This document shows positions 41,101 to 50,147 of a stretch of DNA of 64,000 bases, piece by piece. Within the stretch, counting starts at the first letter, position 1, and every line of letters starts with the position of its first letter. A program made the position numbers and the translations under genes. The stretch is from Betaproteobacteria bacterium (GTDB taxonomy: Bacteria; Pseudomonadota; Gammaproteobacteria; Burkholderiales; Rhodocyclaceae): the NCBI GenBank assembly GCA_009781085.1, contig WQYV01000001.1, positions 5,438 to 69,437 on the forward strand, given 5' to 3'. The notes under the pieces were generated by a model. That model did not search any database and was not told the DNA's origin. It saw only the letters and a list, made by a program, of their open reading frames with translations.

Positions 41101-41403
41101 GATAATTTCCGTTCTAGGTTGATTTCGCTGTGCACACAAATAGATAAAATAATTACGAAAAGTCGCTCTCATAAAACAATGTGGAAAGACGAGGAAGAAA
41201 CAGACGATTCGCGTTGGAATCAGGAAATTACACGATTGCAGGTAGCCTTGAAAGCAGAGGACATCGATGGTATGGATAAATGCCTAAAGATTTTGCAATC
41301 CTTATTGGTATCACCGGATCAGCAAGCCTTGATTTCGAAAGTAACCGAATTGATATTGGTTTCGGAATTCGAACTAGCCTTACACATGATTGAAGCGATG
41401 TGA
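38161..41403 (+). CDS. Unorthodox hybrid histidine kinase (about 7 TM, PAS-like, HisKA, HATPase, pseudo-REC, REC, Hpt)
   Basis: SHEIRTPMN, LLNLLSNAVKYT, DTGIG, TGLGL, VDD...FMDHMMP...LTAN...KP, and Hpt motif VHALKS. Confidence 0.93.
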   Translation: MTLKADPGNNYFYLALVMAAIGAIIIILLHMGWVVHAHHYSVLLVPICVSLVMLLVIIPTIKCIQRVLGSQDEGGYYRAASFFAFFGVIGFLNIRLPHYLWTEQLDKALLLIIICFLLVVMMALLMISIRNLAAMSYTVPLLIFLVFIFNSLYLNDHEYYLNVSVCICGIGAIYCRYKSLFYLIITVNVILYILVLNHIPLFGLTVSYDVGSIKWGIAIYAMFVLLMLTRFASDRNLRSTQAEEAFATLMASTPNIIALVDERNCVTYISEPMAKLANIENTKMVVGRPLIDLFHQMSMKLMISDIFEQDDFYDETKEIIENDKSFYFRIISSLFVGTRYANKCEKRGRFIDISDVTPLVEARLEAERANRSKSMFLAKTSHEIRTPMNAIIGMSELILRQKDISNNVRYYAENMKQAGTNLLVIINDILDFSKMEFNKLELVPAEYEFDSLLSDVCIITKMRLAGKPIRFYVYVDCHLPSKMVGDEARIRQILLNLLSNAVKYTKKGYISLHVDAKEVQANEYEVRCRVQDTGIGIKESDIKRLFNEFVQINGFNKNQIESTGLGLVISNNLSRKMGGKIMVESEYGKGSVFTVTFLQKILIYHCFAEVFEPDKKSVLFYEPRRQFVENVSMTVKNLGVFCKRVESHEDLVDELLRRVYGFVFVPHYLLTETVTELKRLDSNAVPVIVDANTEDHMSIPHIRTLTMPTYALNVANILNGLPDVKHYAQVAESEVRFIFPDARVLIVDDLAINLRVAQGIMAIYEMQIDCVESGFEAIEKVTQQHYDIIFMDHMMPGMDGMEATAAIRALEDEYFKKIPIVALTANSVSGMREMFLENGFDDFLSKPIEIAKLDGILEKWISKEKRRTVLLPVENIKDTDQNVVASFLNIEGVNVSTGIQHAADSEERYWSFLEVFLCDAKQRFASLEMPTPDNMNTFVSHVHALKSALANIGALTLSESSGLLEAAGRREDILFIREHLDNFRSRLISLCTQIDKIITKSRSHKTMWKDEEETDDSRWNQEITRLQVALKAEDIDGMDKCLKILQSLLVSPDQQALISKVTELILVSEFELALHMIEAM

Positions 41404-41413
41404 AAGAGAGCAA

Positions 41414-42700
41414 TCAAGCTTTGCGATTGATTGCTCGGTAGCCGATGTCTCGGCGGTATTGCATGCCGGTGAAGGAAATCGTTTCGATAAGTTCATAGAC
41501 CCGTTTTTGTGCGGCGCGGACATTTACACCCAACGCAGTGACGCAAAGTACGCGCCCTCCCGAAGTGACGATCTTTTCGGTTTTGTTGAATGCAGTGCCG
41601 GCGTGGAAAACATGAGCATCCTCGCCGAAAGAGTTGTCGGGAGGCAACCCCTTGATGATGTTGCCCGTGCGCGGGGTTCCCGGATATTTGGCACTTGCCA
41701 GCACGACACCAAGGGCGACCTTCAAATCCCATTCTGCTTCGATCTTGTCAAGTTTGCCATCGATTGCGTGTTCCAAGAGTTTTAGGAAGTCGCTTTTCAG
41801 GCGCATCAGAATCGGTTGTGCTTCGGGGTCACCCATGCGGCAGTTGAATTCCAGTACCTTGATACTGCCATCTTTGAGAATCATCAGGCCGGCGTAAAGA
41901 AAACCAGTATAAGGCATACCTTCTTGCGCCATACCCTTAATGACCGGGTTGATGACTTCCCGCATAATCTTGGCGTGAATGCTTGGCGTGACAGCCGGGG
42001 CAGGGGAGTACGCACCCATGCCACCGGTGTTTGGCCCGATATCACCGTCGCCAATGCGCTTGTGGTCTTGGCTGGAGGCAAGCGGTAACACGTTTTTGCC
42101 GTCGGCCATGACGATGAAACTCACTTCTTCGCCATTGAGAAATTCTTCGATCACGATCCGCGCACCGGCTTCACCGAGTTTGTTGCTGGCGAGCATGTCG
42201 TCAATGGTTATGTGCGCTTCTTTCAGCGTTTCAGCAACGACGACGCCCTTGCCAGCCGCAAGGCCATCGGCCTTGATAACGATGGGTGCACCTTGTTTTT
42301 CCACGTAGGCGTGCGCACTTTCGGCATTCGTGAAAGTTTCGAACGTGGCAGTCGGGATTCGATGTCGCACCATGAAACGCTTGGCGAAGTCTTTGGAAGA
42401 TTCGAGTTGGGCAGCGGCTTTGGTGGGGCCGAATATCCTCAATCCCCGTGCGCGGAAAATATCAACGATACCATCAGCTAGTGGAGCTTCGGGGCCGACG
42501 ATGGTCAGGAAAACCTTGTTGTCGGTAGCAAATTTCGCGAGTTCCTGTGGGTCGCTGATCGACAGGTTTTCCAGCTCGCGTTCAGCGGCAGTACCGGCGT
42601 TGCCAGGGGCGACATAGATTTTCTGCAAACCGCGCGTCCGCGCTAGACACCAGGCAATGGCGTGCTCGCGTCCGCCGGAACCAATGACGAGGAGTTTCAT
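41414..42700 (-). CDS. purD: Phosphoribosylamine--glycine ligase
   Basis: IGSGGREHA, APGNAG, VGPEAPL, KADGLAAGKGV, PNTGGMGAY and EFNCRMGDPE. Confidence 0.97.
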   Translation of the reverse strand: MKLLVIGSGGREHAIAWCLARTRGLQKIYVAPGNAGTAAERELENLSISDPQELAKFATDNKVFLTIVGPEAPLADGIVDIFRARGLRIFGPTKAAAQLESSKDFAKRFMVRHRIPTATFETFTNAESAHAYVEKQGAPIVIKADGLAAGKGVVVAETLKEAHITIDDMLASNKLGEAGARIVIEEFLNGEEVSFIVMADGKNVLPLASSQDHKRIGDGDIGPNTGGMGAYSPAPAVTPSIHAKIMREVINPVIKGMAQEGMPYTGFLYAGLMILKDGSIKVLEFNCRMGDPEAQPILMRLKSDFLKLLEHAIDGKLDKIEAEWDLKVALGVVLASAKYPGTPRTGNIIKGLPPDNSFGEDAHVFHAGTAFNKTEKIVTSGGRVLCVTALGVNVRAAQKRVYELIETISFTGMQYRRDIGYRAINRKA

Positions 42701-42774
42701 GATTTCTTTTCCGTGATGTGATGCGGACGGCCTTGCCGGACTCCGCATCGTCGATGTCGAGTGTGTTGTGAGAG

Positions 42775-44367
42775 TTAGTGCCGAAAATGCCGAACACCTG
42801 TAAAGACCATCGCTAGTCCGTGTTCGTTGGCGGCAGCGATGACTTCTTCGTCGCGCACGGAACCGCCGGGCTGGATAACGGCGGTCGCGCCTGCTGCAGC
42901 GACTACGTCCAAGCCGTCGCGGAAGGGGAAAAAAGCATCCGATGCAACCACGGAACCGGCAAGCGATAGCCCGGCATTGCTTGCCTTGATGCTGGCGATA
43001 CGGGTGGAGTCGACGCGGCTCATCTGACCTGCGCCCACACCCAAGGTCATGCCGCCGCCGCAGAAGACGATGGCGTTGGATTTGACGAACTTTGCGACGC
43101 GCCAGGCAAAGAGGAGGTTTTTGATTTGCTCGGGAGTTGGTGCTTTTTGGGTGACAGTTTTTAAGTTTTCCGGCGTGACGTTGAAGGCATCCGGTGTCTG
43201 TGCAAGCAAGCCGCCGCCGACACGTTTGAATTCTAGGGCATGCTGACCGGTTGCAAGGGGCACTTCCAGAACGCGCAAGTTCTGTTTTGTTTGCAACAAT
43301 GCTTTGGCGGCTGCGGTGAAGGCAGGGGCAATCAGCACTTCGACGAAATGCTTCCTCGTATTCATAGCTTCTACTACATCGGTATCGACCGTGCCGTTAA
43401 AGGCGATGATACCGCCGAAGGCGGATGTGGAATCGGTCTGGAACGCTTTTTCGTAGGCTCCGAATAAATTGGGGGCGATGGCCACGCCGCACGGGTTGGC
43501 GTGCTTGACGATGACGCAGGCAGGTTCCGGGAAGGTTTTGACGCATTCCCAGGCTGCGTCAGAATCGGCGATATTGTTATAGGAGAGCTCCTTGCCCTGC
43601 AATTGCCGATAGGCGGCGATGCTGCCTGCGGACGCTTGCGGTTCTCGGTAGAAAGCGGCTTGTTGGTGCGGGTTTTCGCCATAGCGTAAGGTTTCCATGC
43701 GGTCGAAAGCCAGTTGCAGGCGCTCGGGGAAAACTGACGGAATTGGGGCGGGAGCTAAAGGGGTAGCTTCGATGCCTTCAGGTTCACCGGTAAGCCAATT
43801 GGCGATCATGCTGTCGTAGCGGGCAGTGTGGGTGAAGGCTTTTTTGGCAAGGTTGAATCGGGTGGCAAGCTGCAATGCGCCCCCATTGGCCTGTATTTCT
43901 GCCAGGATGGGGGCGTAATCAGATGGGTCAGTGACAATGGCCACCCCGGCGTAATTTTTGGCGGCAGATCGCACCATCGTGGGGCCACCGATGTCGATGT
44001 TCTCGATGGCGGCTTCCAGCGTGACGCCGGGTTGGGTGACTGTTTCCCGGAACGGGTAGAGGTTGACGCAAACGAGGTCGATCATCGGGATGCTGTGAGC
44101 GTCGAGCGTAGCCATGTGCTCCGGCAGGTCGCGGCGGGCAAGGATGGCGCCGTGCACTTTCGGGTGCAGGGTTTTTACCCGGCCATCAAGTATTTCGGGG
44201 AAACCGGTGTAGTCACCGATTTCGGTGACGGCGAGGCCCGCGTTCTTCAGGAGCCGGGCAGTACCGCCAGTGGAAAGCAGCTTGACGCCGAAGGCGGTGA
44301 GTCCCTGAGCAAATTCGAGGACACCTTGTTTATCGGAAACAGAAATTAGGGCTTGGACGATCTTCAT
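42775..44367 (-). CDS. purH: Bifunctional AICAR transformylase / IMP cyclohydrolase
   Basis: [38 protein letters not shown] and SDAFFPF. Confidence 0.97.
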   Translation of the reverse strand: MKIVQALISVSDKQGVLEFAQGLTAFGVKLLSTGGTARLLKNAGLAVTEIGDYTGFPEILDGRVKTLHPKVHGAILARRDLPEHMATLDAHSIPMIDLVCVNLYPFRETVTQPGVTLEAAIENIDIGGPTMVRSAAKNYAGVAIVTDPSDYAPILAEIQANGGALQLATRFNLAKKAFTHTARYDSMIANWLTGEPEGIEATPLAPAPIPSVFPERLQLAFDRMETLRYGENPHQQAAFYREPQASAGSIAAYRQLQGKELSYNNIADSDAAWECVKTFPEPACVIVKHANPCGVAIAPNLFGAYEKAFQTDSTSAFGGIIAFNGTVDTDVVEAMNTRKHFVEVLIAPAFTAAAKALLQTKQNLRVLEVPLATGQHALEFKRVGGGLLAQTPDAFNVTPENLKTVTQKAPTPEQIKNLLFAWRVAKFVKSNAIVFCGGGMTLGVGAGQMSRVDSTRIASIKASNAGLSLAGSVVASDAFFPFRDGLDVVAAAGATAVIQPGGSVRDEEVIAAANEHGLAMVFTGVRHFRH

Positions 44368-44419
44368 CTTGGTAAAGCGCGAAAGGAAAAAATAAAAGCT
44401 TGCCCGGGCAAGCGGGGGG

Positions 44420-44662
44420 TTACAACAAGTCGTAATCAATCAGTTTGCGGCGCAAGGTATTGCGGTTGATGCCCAGCAACCGGGCAGCGGTGCTCTGGTT
44501 GCCGCTGGCGCGTTCAAGCACGAACCGGATCATAGGTTTTTCGACGCATTTCATGACCATATCGTAAATCGGCACAGGTTTTTCACCGTCGAGATCGTTG
44601 AAATACTGTTTCAAAATGCGCTCTACGGCGTCGGCGAGTCCATTGTTGTTGCAAGGGTTCAT
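44420..44662 (-). CDS. fis: Fis DNA-binding protein
   Basis: HTH motif [21 protein letters not shown], in the dusB-fis-purH context. Confidence 0.93.
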   Translation of the reverse strand: MNPCNNNGLADAVERILKQYFNDLDGEKPVPIYDMVMKCVEKPMIRFVLERASGNQSTAARLLGINRNTLRRKLIDYDLL

Positions 44663-45696
44663 GCGGCTAGTTCCAGTGATGTTTCGACGGATCCGTTCAT
44701 TGTGTGGTTGTTGGGGTAGTCGCCTGCTTCGGCTAGGCGGCCAAAGAATTCGTCAATGGCTGCGCCCTGGGCATTGGGGTCGTCAAGCTGGTTCATAGCG
44801 CGCCGGAAAGCCGACGCCCCAGCAAAACCCCGGGTGTACCAAGAAATGTGCTTGCGTGCGATCCTCACGCCAGTTTCCACGCCGTAAAAGGCATGGATGT
44901 CGGCTAAGTGTACGCGGCAGGTTTGGTGGATTTCGCTTACTGGTGGCGCTGACAAACGTTTGCTGGTTGAGAGAAAGTGTTCGATTTCGCGGAAAACCCA
45001 AGGCCGTCCTTGGGCAGCGCGCCCGATCATCAGGCCGTCCGCGCCGGTATAGTCAAGGACATAACGGGCTTTTTCGGGCGAGTGGATGTCGCCGTTGGCA
45101 ATTACCGGGATGCTGACTTGGCGGACGACTTCGGCGATGGTGTCGTATTCGGCTTCGCCCATGTATTGGTCGGCGCGAGTGCGGCCATGGATGGCAAGCG
45201 CACGCACACCGCAATCCTCGGCGATGCGGGCGATAGTGGGGGCGTTTTTGTTGGAGTGGTTCCAGCCGGTGCGGATTTTGAGCGTGACCGGCGTTTCAGG
45301 CACGGCGCGTACCACGGTATCAAGAATGCGGGCGGCGAGCGCCTCATCTTGCATGAGTGCCGAACCCGCCATGACATTGCAGATTTTTTTGGCAGGGCAA
45401 CCCATATTGATGTCAATGATTTGTGCGCCGTGCTTGGCATTATAGCGTGCGGCTTCAGCCAGCATCGCGGGGTCGGCTCCGGCAATCTGTACCGAGATCG
45501 GCCCCGGTTCCCCAGTGTGGTCGGCGCGGCGGCGAGTCTTGGCACTACCATAGAGCAGGGAGTTTGAAGTCACCATTTCGGAGACCGCCAAACCTGCGCC
45601 CATACGCTTGCACAACGCACGGAAAGGACGGTCTGTGACCCCAGCCATGGGGGCAACAAAGAGGTTGTTACGCAGGGTAAAACCGACATACTGCAT
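44659..45696 (-). CDS. dusB: tRNA dihydrouridine synthase B
   Basis: APMAGVTD, DINMGCPAKK, KIRTGW, HGRTR, ANGDI and MIGRAAQGRPW. Confidence 0.97.
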   Translation of the reverse strand: MQYVGFTLRNNLFVAPMAGVTDRPFRALCKRMGAGLAVSEMVTSNSLLYGSAKTRRRADHTGEPGPISVQIAGADPAMLAEAARYNAKHGAQIIDINMGCPAKKICNVMAGSALMQDEALAARILDTVVRAVPETPVTLKIRTGWNHSNKNAPTIARIAEDCGVRALAIHGRTRADQYMGEAEYDTIAEVVRQVSIPVIANGDIHSPEKARYVLDYTGADGLMIGRAAQGRPWVFREIEHFLSTSKRLSAPPVSEIHQTCRVHLADIHAFYGVETGVRIARKHISWYTRGFAGASAFRRAMNQLDDPNAQGAAIDEFFGRLAEAGDYPNNHTMNGSVETSLELAA

Positions 45697-45764
45697 AAGG
45701 AGTCGCCACAAAAAAACACACATTTTACCTTATGCGCCTTGTTCATGGGGCGAGCGGGCAAGGT

Positions 45765-45803
45765 AAAAAAACCAAGAGCCTGGATAGTTGCTTATCCAGG
45801 CTC
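45765..45803 (-). terminator. Intrinsic terminator after the PEP-CTERM gene
   Basis: Perfect 11-bp stem GAGCCTGGATA/TATCCAGGCTC with a 6-nt loop, followed on the minus strand by TTGGTTTTTTT. Confidence 0.75.
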
Positions 45804-45854
45804 CGGGAGTTTGGGCTGATTTTCGCGCCTGCAGCGCGGTGCTGCATCGTTGGT

Positions 45855-46733
45855 TCAGTTGCGGTTGCTCCGACGGCGAACGATGACACCAACCATACTC
45901 AGGCCTGCCAGCAGCATCGCGTAGGTCTCGGGCTCAGGGATCGGCGAAGTTGCGATCGAGAAGCTAAGTTGAGGAATGCTTTGGCTATGCTCTGGTGTCG
46001 TAAAACCCCAGCAGGCACCCGTCAATGCCCCATTGCTTACGCTAGAGCATGTTGCCGCGTCGATCAATTGGAGGCCGTTTACGGTGTAATCAAAGCTGTA
46101 CCACCCCCCGTCGTATTGGAATAAGACGGAGCCCTCAGCCTTGGCAAACAGAAGGATATCGTCGACAGGGCCGGGCTCATTCGGCGTTTCATAGAAATAT
46201 ATGTCGAACTTTATGTCTGGAACGGAAACCGGATCATAAACACTACCATTCCAAGCTCCCAAATCGATCGTCATGGTCAGCTGGGCGTACGTGAGGTCAG
46301 CAGTCCTTGCGTCGATTGTGTTATTGATGTGCCGGAACATATTGATGGCCGTCTGCCCGCCGTGGATGCCGTTGGGGCCATAGTACCCGTTCCAACCATT
46401 TCTAAAACCTGCGCTTCCGTCAATATACAGGCTGCTGCGAACCTCCCCCCCACCGGTGTATGGTGAGAGGAAGTTATCCACGCCACCCTTGTCGCCCCAA
46501 CTGATTGTGTCAGGTTTATTTGGATTTATACCATTAGCGTATGCAGCGCCCCTGGAGTCATGGCCACTGTCGTATGATTTCGTGAAGCCGCTTTCAGCGG
46601 GGCTGAAAGCGGCGGCAGTCCATTGCATGTCGATCGAGTAATTCCACCACTCGACGGCTGCCGCTTGCGAGGCCGAAGCTATGCACGCCAAGGCGCTGGT
46701 GGCGAGCAACTTGCAGATTGTTCCTTTTTTCAT
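45855..46733 (-). CDS. PEP-CTERM sorting-domain exoprotein (THxN-like family)
   Basis: Signal peptide ending ASQA-A, FRHINNTI motif, and C-terminal IPEPETYAMLLAGL-TM-RRR. Confidence 0.92.
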   Translation of the reverse strand: MKKGTICKLLATSALACIASASQAAAVEWWNYSIDMQWTAAAFSPAESGFTKSYDSGHDSRGAAYANGINPNKPDTISWGDKGGVDNFLSPYTGGGEVRSSLYIDGSAGFRNGWNGYYGPNGIHGGQTAINMFRHINNTIDARTADLTYAQLTMTIDLGAWNGSVYDPVSVPDIKFDIYFYETPNEPGPVDDILLFAKAEGSVLFQYDGGWYSFDYTVNGLQLIDAATCSSVSNGALTGACWGFTTPEHSQSIPQLSFSIATSPIPEPETYAMLLAGLSMVGVIVRRRSNRN

Positions 46734-46791
46734 GATGAAACCTTCCTTTGAGTACCACAGACAAAAACGCAACAGGTGTTTTCGCGTAATA

Positions 46792-46874
46792 AGCAGGAAT
46801 TAAGCCAATTTATACCTTCTTGATTTTTTTGGATAAAATATTGTATTACAAAAAATATGTAAAAAAAACCGACA
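46792..46874 (-). promoter_or_regulatory. Sigma-54 promoter plus TGT-N11-ACA enhancer-like site for the PEP-CTERM gene
   Basis: The minus strand reads TGGCTTAATTCCTGCT at 46792-46807 (GG-N10-GC). TGTAAAAAAAACCGACA lies at 46858-46874. Confidence 0.65.
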
Positions 46875-46984
46875 CGCAGTAACACTTATAGTGGTTATAC
46901 CTATTGTAATGAGTGTTGCTACAGAGACGGGTTTTAATCTGAAATTCCACCTAGAGGGTGAAGAGGGCAAGATGGGTGTCTTCG

Positions 46985-47155
46985 CTGTGCGCGGCTCTTG
47001 TGGGTGAAAATTCCACCGAAAACTAGCCGCCGCGAGCGTGACTGCATGAAGGGAGCGGATACGAGAGGGAATCGCGGACGAAGCCCACAACAACCCGATA
47101 GGAGACGGATAGAAGCCACTGCCGAGCAGGGTAAGCGGTTCGTGACCGCAAACTC
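46985..47155 (+). mobile_element. Probable 5' (domain I) remnant of a group IIC intron, without an ORF
   Basis: GTGCG start consensus, then GGTGAAAATTCC, ACTGCATGA.GG and CGGATAGAAGCCACTGCCGAGCAGGGTAAGCGG...ACCGCAAACTCT, resembling recalled proteobacterial IIC intron 5' sequence. No RT or domain V follows. Confidence 0.5.
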
Positions 47156-47557
47156 TCCCTTATATGACAATCGTTGTGACGGAATGCACTTGCTATCTTT
47201 TCCGTAGATAGTGTAATGTCATACGGTCGTAGCGTCACTCTGGCTGGTGGATAGAAGTTTCGAAGTTCTTTTGTGTTTTATGCTTTTATTGTATAATTAT
47301 GGCAATACTTATGCAAAAGTTAGTAACTAACTAACTGGCATGATATCTCAGGTGCGGTAAGGGAGCTGTGCAGTTATGGTAGGGGTTTACGTGGATTACG
47401 CAGTGTTGTATTGACACCATAGTTCTTTTGCTGGAACCGAAAAATAATTGGCACTATTCCCGAAACAGGGTAGACTAAAAACACTTATAATTTGAACCGA
47501 CTACAAGTCCGGTTTGTGAATGCGCAGGAAAAATTTACAACCACTTGGAGATAACAA

Positions 47558-49033
47558 ATGAACAGGATGAAGACTGTGATCTACATAGCGGTCGCTGCCG
47601 CCTTGCAGGTCTTGTCCGGAACCGCTGGTGCGCAAGAGGTTGGTGATGCGTCCAAAGGAGTGTTGCTGGATGCTGTGCGCAAAGCCGTGGCTAGTAATCC
47701 TGAGGTTCAGGCTCGCTGGCATGGATACCAATCCGCAGCAGCGGCCAAGGACGTTGCTCGCGGCGGGTATTTCCCGCGCCTAGACCTGAACGCCGGGCTG
47801 GGGCACAGGTGGCGCAAGGATCCAGGCCAATCCAGTGACAACTGGAACTATTGGGGAGCTGGGCTGGATCTCAACCAGATGGTCTATGACGGCTTTGCCA
47901 CGAGCAGCCAAGTCAAACAGATGAACTATGCCCGTCTTGTGAGTTATTATCAGTTGCTTGGCGCTTCGGAGAGCACTGCCCTTGATGTTGTGCAGGCTTA
48001 TGCAGACGTTCAGCGGGAACGCGAGCTAATCGAAGCGGCTAAGGCGAACTACGCTACCCACAAGCAGCTTTATGATCGCCTCAATAGCCGTACCTCGGCA
48101 GGCGTAAGCCGGCGGGTGGATCTCGACCAGGCGAATGCACGGTTGGCGCTGGCTGAAGCCAACCTGCTGACGGAGCTTCAAAATTTGCACGATGTCAGTA
48201 CACGTTATCAGCGATTGGTTGGTGACGTACCGCCTGACGCAATGCCGCCACTTGCGGACAGTTTCAACAGCGTGCGGTTACCGGAAAATGTTGTTGCCGC
48301 GTTGAACGTGGCTTACGTAAACAACCCAGAGTTCAATGCTGCGATTGAAAATGTGCGTGCCAGCATGGCCAACCAGGATGTGGCTCGTTCCAACTATCAC
48401 CCCAAGCTTAACCTGCACGCGACTACGGGAGTGAATCACAACCTTGACAATACAGCTTACTATGACTCTAACATGGAGAGGAGTGGTGGCTACAGGGGCA
48501 ACATGCGTGATAGCGCGGTCGAATTGCTGCTGAACTTCAACATTTTCCGCGGCGGTTCTGATGCGGCCCGTATCCGTCAGGCGGGCGAGGATGTCAATCA
48601 GGCCAGGGACTTACGCGAGAAAGCCTGCCGCGACTTGCGGCAGACCTTGGCGATAGCCTATCAGAACACTATCAGCCTGAACGAACAACTGAGCTACCGC
48701 GAACGCCATTTCCTGATGACCGGCAAGGCGCGCGATGCTTTCCGCCAGCAGTTTGACATTGGGCAACGTACCCTGCTTGACCTGCTCGATACTGAGAACG
48801 AGTATTTCACTTCTCAGCGAGCTTTAGCGCAGGCACGTTACGACCTGTTGACTGCGCAGGCTGCCACCTTGGCAGGGACTGGGCAGTTGCTGCGTACCCT
48901 TGGTGTCCAACGCGAAGATTTGCCGTCGACGAAGGAAATTGCGCAGGATCGTGACACAGTCGATTCGGCAGATATGTGCCCAGCCGACGCACCTGTCCAG
49001 GTTGAAGTTGATAAGAGTCAGTTGGTTCATTGA
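47558..49033 (+). CDS. TolC-family outer membrane protein (type I secretion, LapE/AggA-like)
   Basis: Signal peptide, two OEP repeats (YFPRLDL...YDGFAT; YHPKL...NIFRGG) and QQFDIGQRTLLDLLDTENE. Confidence 0.92.
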   Translation: MNRMKTVIYIAVAAALQVLSGTAGAQEVGDASKGVLLDAVRKAVASNPEVQARWHGYQSAAAAKDVARGGYFPRLDLNAGLGHRWRKDPGQSSDNWNYWGAGLDLNQMVYDGFATSSQVKQMNYARLVSYYQLLGASESTALDVVQAYADVQRERELIEAAKANYATHKQLYDRLNSRTSAGVSRRVDLDQANARLALAEANLLTELQNLHDVSTRYQRLVGDVPPDAMPPLADSFNSVRLPENVVAALNVAYVNNPEFNAAIENVRASMANQDVARSNYHPKLNLHATTGVNHNLDNTAYYDSNMERSGGYRGNMRDSAVELLLNFNIFRGGSDAARIRQAGEDVNQARDLREKACRDLRQTLAIAYQNTISLNEQLSYRERHFLMTGKARDAFRQQFDIGQRTLLDLLDTENEYFTSQRALAQARYDLLTAQAATLAGTGQLLRTLGVQREDLPSTKEIAQDRDTVDSADMCPADAPVQVEVDKSQLVH

Positions 49034-49079
49034 TCGGGTAAGAGAAACCGGAACCGCGCAAAGCGTGGTTCGGTCAATA

Positions 49080-49119
49080 AAAAGTGGCGCAACCTTTCAG
49101 GTGCGTCACTTTTCTTTTA
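49080..49119 (+). terminator. Intrinsic terminator after the TolC gene
   Basis: AAAAGTGGCGCA...TGCGTCACTTTT stem followed by CTTTTAT. Confidence 0.7.
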
Positions 49120-49137
49120 TGGTTTGCCCCTATTGGC

Positions 49138-49167
49138 TTGAGGGTATTGCCAGCGAGGTGCTATAAT
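49138..49167 (+). promoter_or_regulatory. Sigma-70 extended -10 promoter of rpsB-tsf
   Basis: TG-c-TATAAT at 49159-49167 and TTGAGG 18 bp upstream. An extended -10 is known for rpsB promoters. Confidence 0.65.
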
Positions 49168-49174
49168 ACAAAGC

Positions 49175-49319
49175 TTACCTTCACGGGATTTCCCGGGGAG
49201 ATAAGTTCGCACGCTGGATCGATCAGGGTGCACCGTTCAGATAGAGGCGGTGTCACTGGCGGGGAGGGTTCCCTGCCCGGTTCGGCGGAGGCCAAACCCT
49301 GAAACCGGAGTTACACACA
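49175..49319 (+). promoter_or_regulatory. rpsB 5' leader, putative S2 autoregulatory RNA
   Basis: Long structured GC-rich leader with CACGC...GGGTG...GGAGG...AACCC elements, as in proteobacterial rpsB leaders. Confidence 0.45.
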
Positions 49320-50078
49320 ATGTCAGTCACGATGCGCCAGATGCTTGAAGCAGGCGTCCATTTTGGCCACCAGACCCGCTTCTGGAACCCGAAGATGGCT
49401 CCGTACATCTTCGGCCACCGCAACAAGATTCACATCGTCAATCTCGAAAAGACGATGATCAAATACAACGAGGCAATGGATTTCGTGCGCAAGCTCGCAG
49501 CCAAACGTGGCACGATCCTCTTTGTAAGCACCAAGCGCCAGGCGCGCGAAATTCTCGCCGAAGAAGCACGCCGTGCCGGGATGCCGTTCGTCGACGAACG
49601 TTGGCTCGGTGGCATGCTCACTAACTTCAAGACGGTCAAGCAATCGATCAAGCGGCTGAAAGAGCTTGAAACGATGACCGAAGACGGTTCGATCGAGCGG
49701 CTGTCCAAGCGCGACGCGCTGATGACGCGGCGCGAACTGGAAAAGCTGCACAAGTCGATCGGCGGCATCAAGGACATGAGCGGGTTGCCTGACGCGCTGT
49801 TCGTGATCGATGTTGGTTATCACAAGATCGCCATTACGGAAGCACAAAAACTGGGTATCCCGGTGGCGGCAGTGGTCGATACCAACCATTCGCCTGAAGG
49901 CGTGGATTATGTGATCCCCGGTAACGATGACTCCTCCCGTGCCATTCGCCTCTACGCTCGTGGCGTGGCCGATGCCGTGTTACTGGGGCGCAGCCAGGTG
50001 CAACTGGAAATCGTCGAGGCAGGCAACGAGGAATTCGTCGAAGTCGAGGAAGAAAACGACGGCCAAGGTGAGGCTTGA
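49320..50078 (+). CDS. rpsB: 30S ribosomal protein S2
   Basis: [22 protein letters not shown] and IPGNDD. Confidence 0.98.
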   Translation: MSVTMRQMLEAGVHFGHQTRFWNPKMAPYIFGHRNKIHIVNLEKTMIKYNEAMDFVRKLAAKRGTILFVSTKRQAREILAEEARRAGMPFVDERWLGGMLTNFKTVKQSIKRLKELETMTEDGSIERLSKRDALMTRRELEKLHKSIGGIKDMSGLPDALFVIDVGYHKIAITEAQKLGIPVAAVVDTNHSPEGVDYVIPGNDDSSRAIRLYARGVADAVLLGRSQVQLEIVEAGNEEFVEVEEENDGQGEA

Positions 50079-50147
50079 TCCAACGCCATAACTATCGCGG
50101 CGGGCTTGTCCCGTCGCTGCAGGAAAACGAGTAATCAAGGAGTTAGT

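Noticed and set aside
35400-41420. Att sites, integrase or flanking direct repeats for the AT-rich island
   Set aside because: None was found by eye and no tRNA is adjacent. Foreign origin rests on composition only.
42720-42749. GATGCGGA...TCCGCATC hairpin between purH and purD
   Set aside because: It is a short stem with no U-tract or riboswitch features, most likely an ordinary intergenic stabilising hairpin.
47000-47040. GGGTGAAAATTCCACC...GCCGCGAGCG looked like the start of an FMN riboswitch
   Set aside because: The second half of the RFN consensus is missing and no flavin gene lies downstream. A group II intron remnant fits better.
47336-47352. TGGCATGATATCTCA as a sigma-54 promoter for the TolC gene
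   Set aside because: It lacks the required GC at -12.
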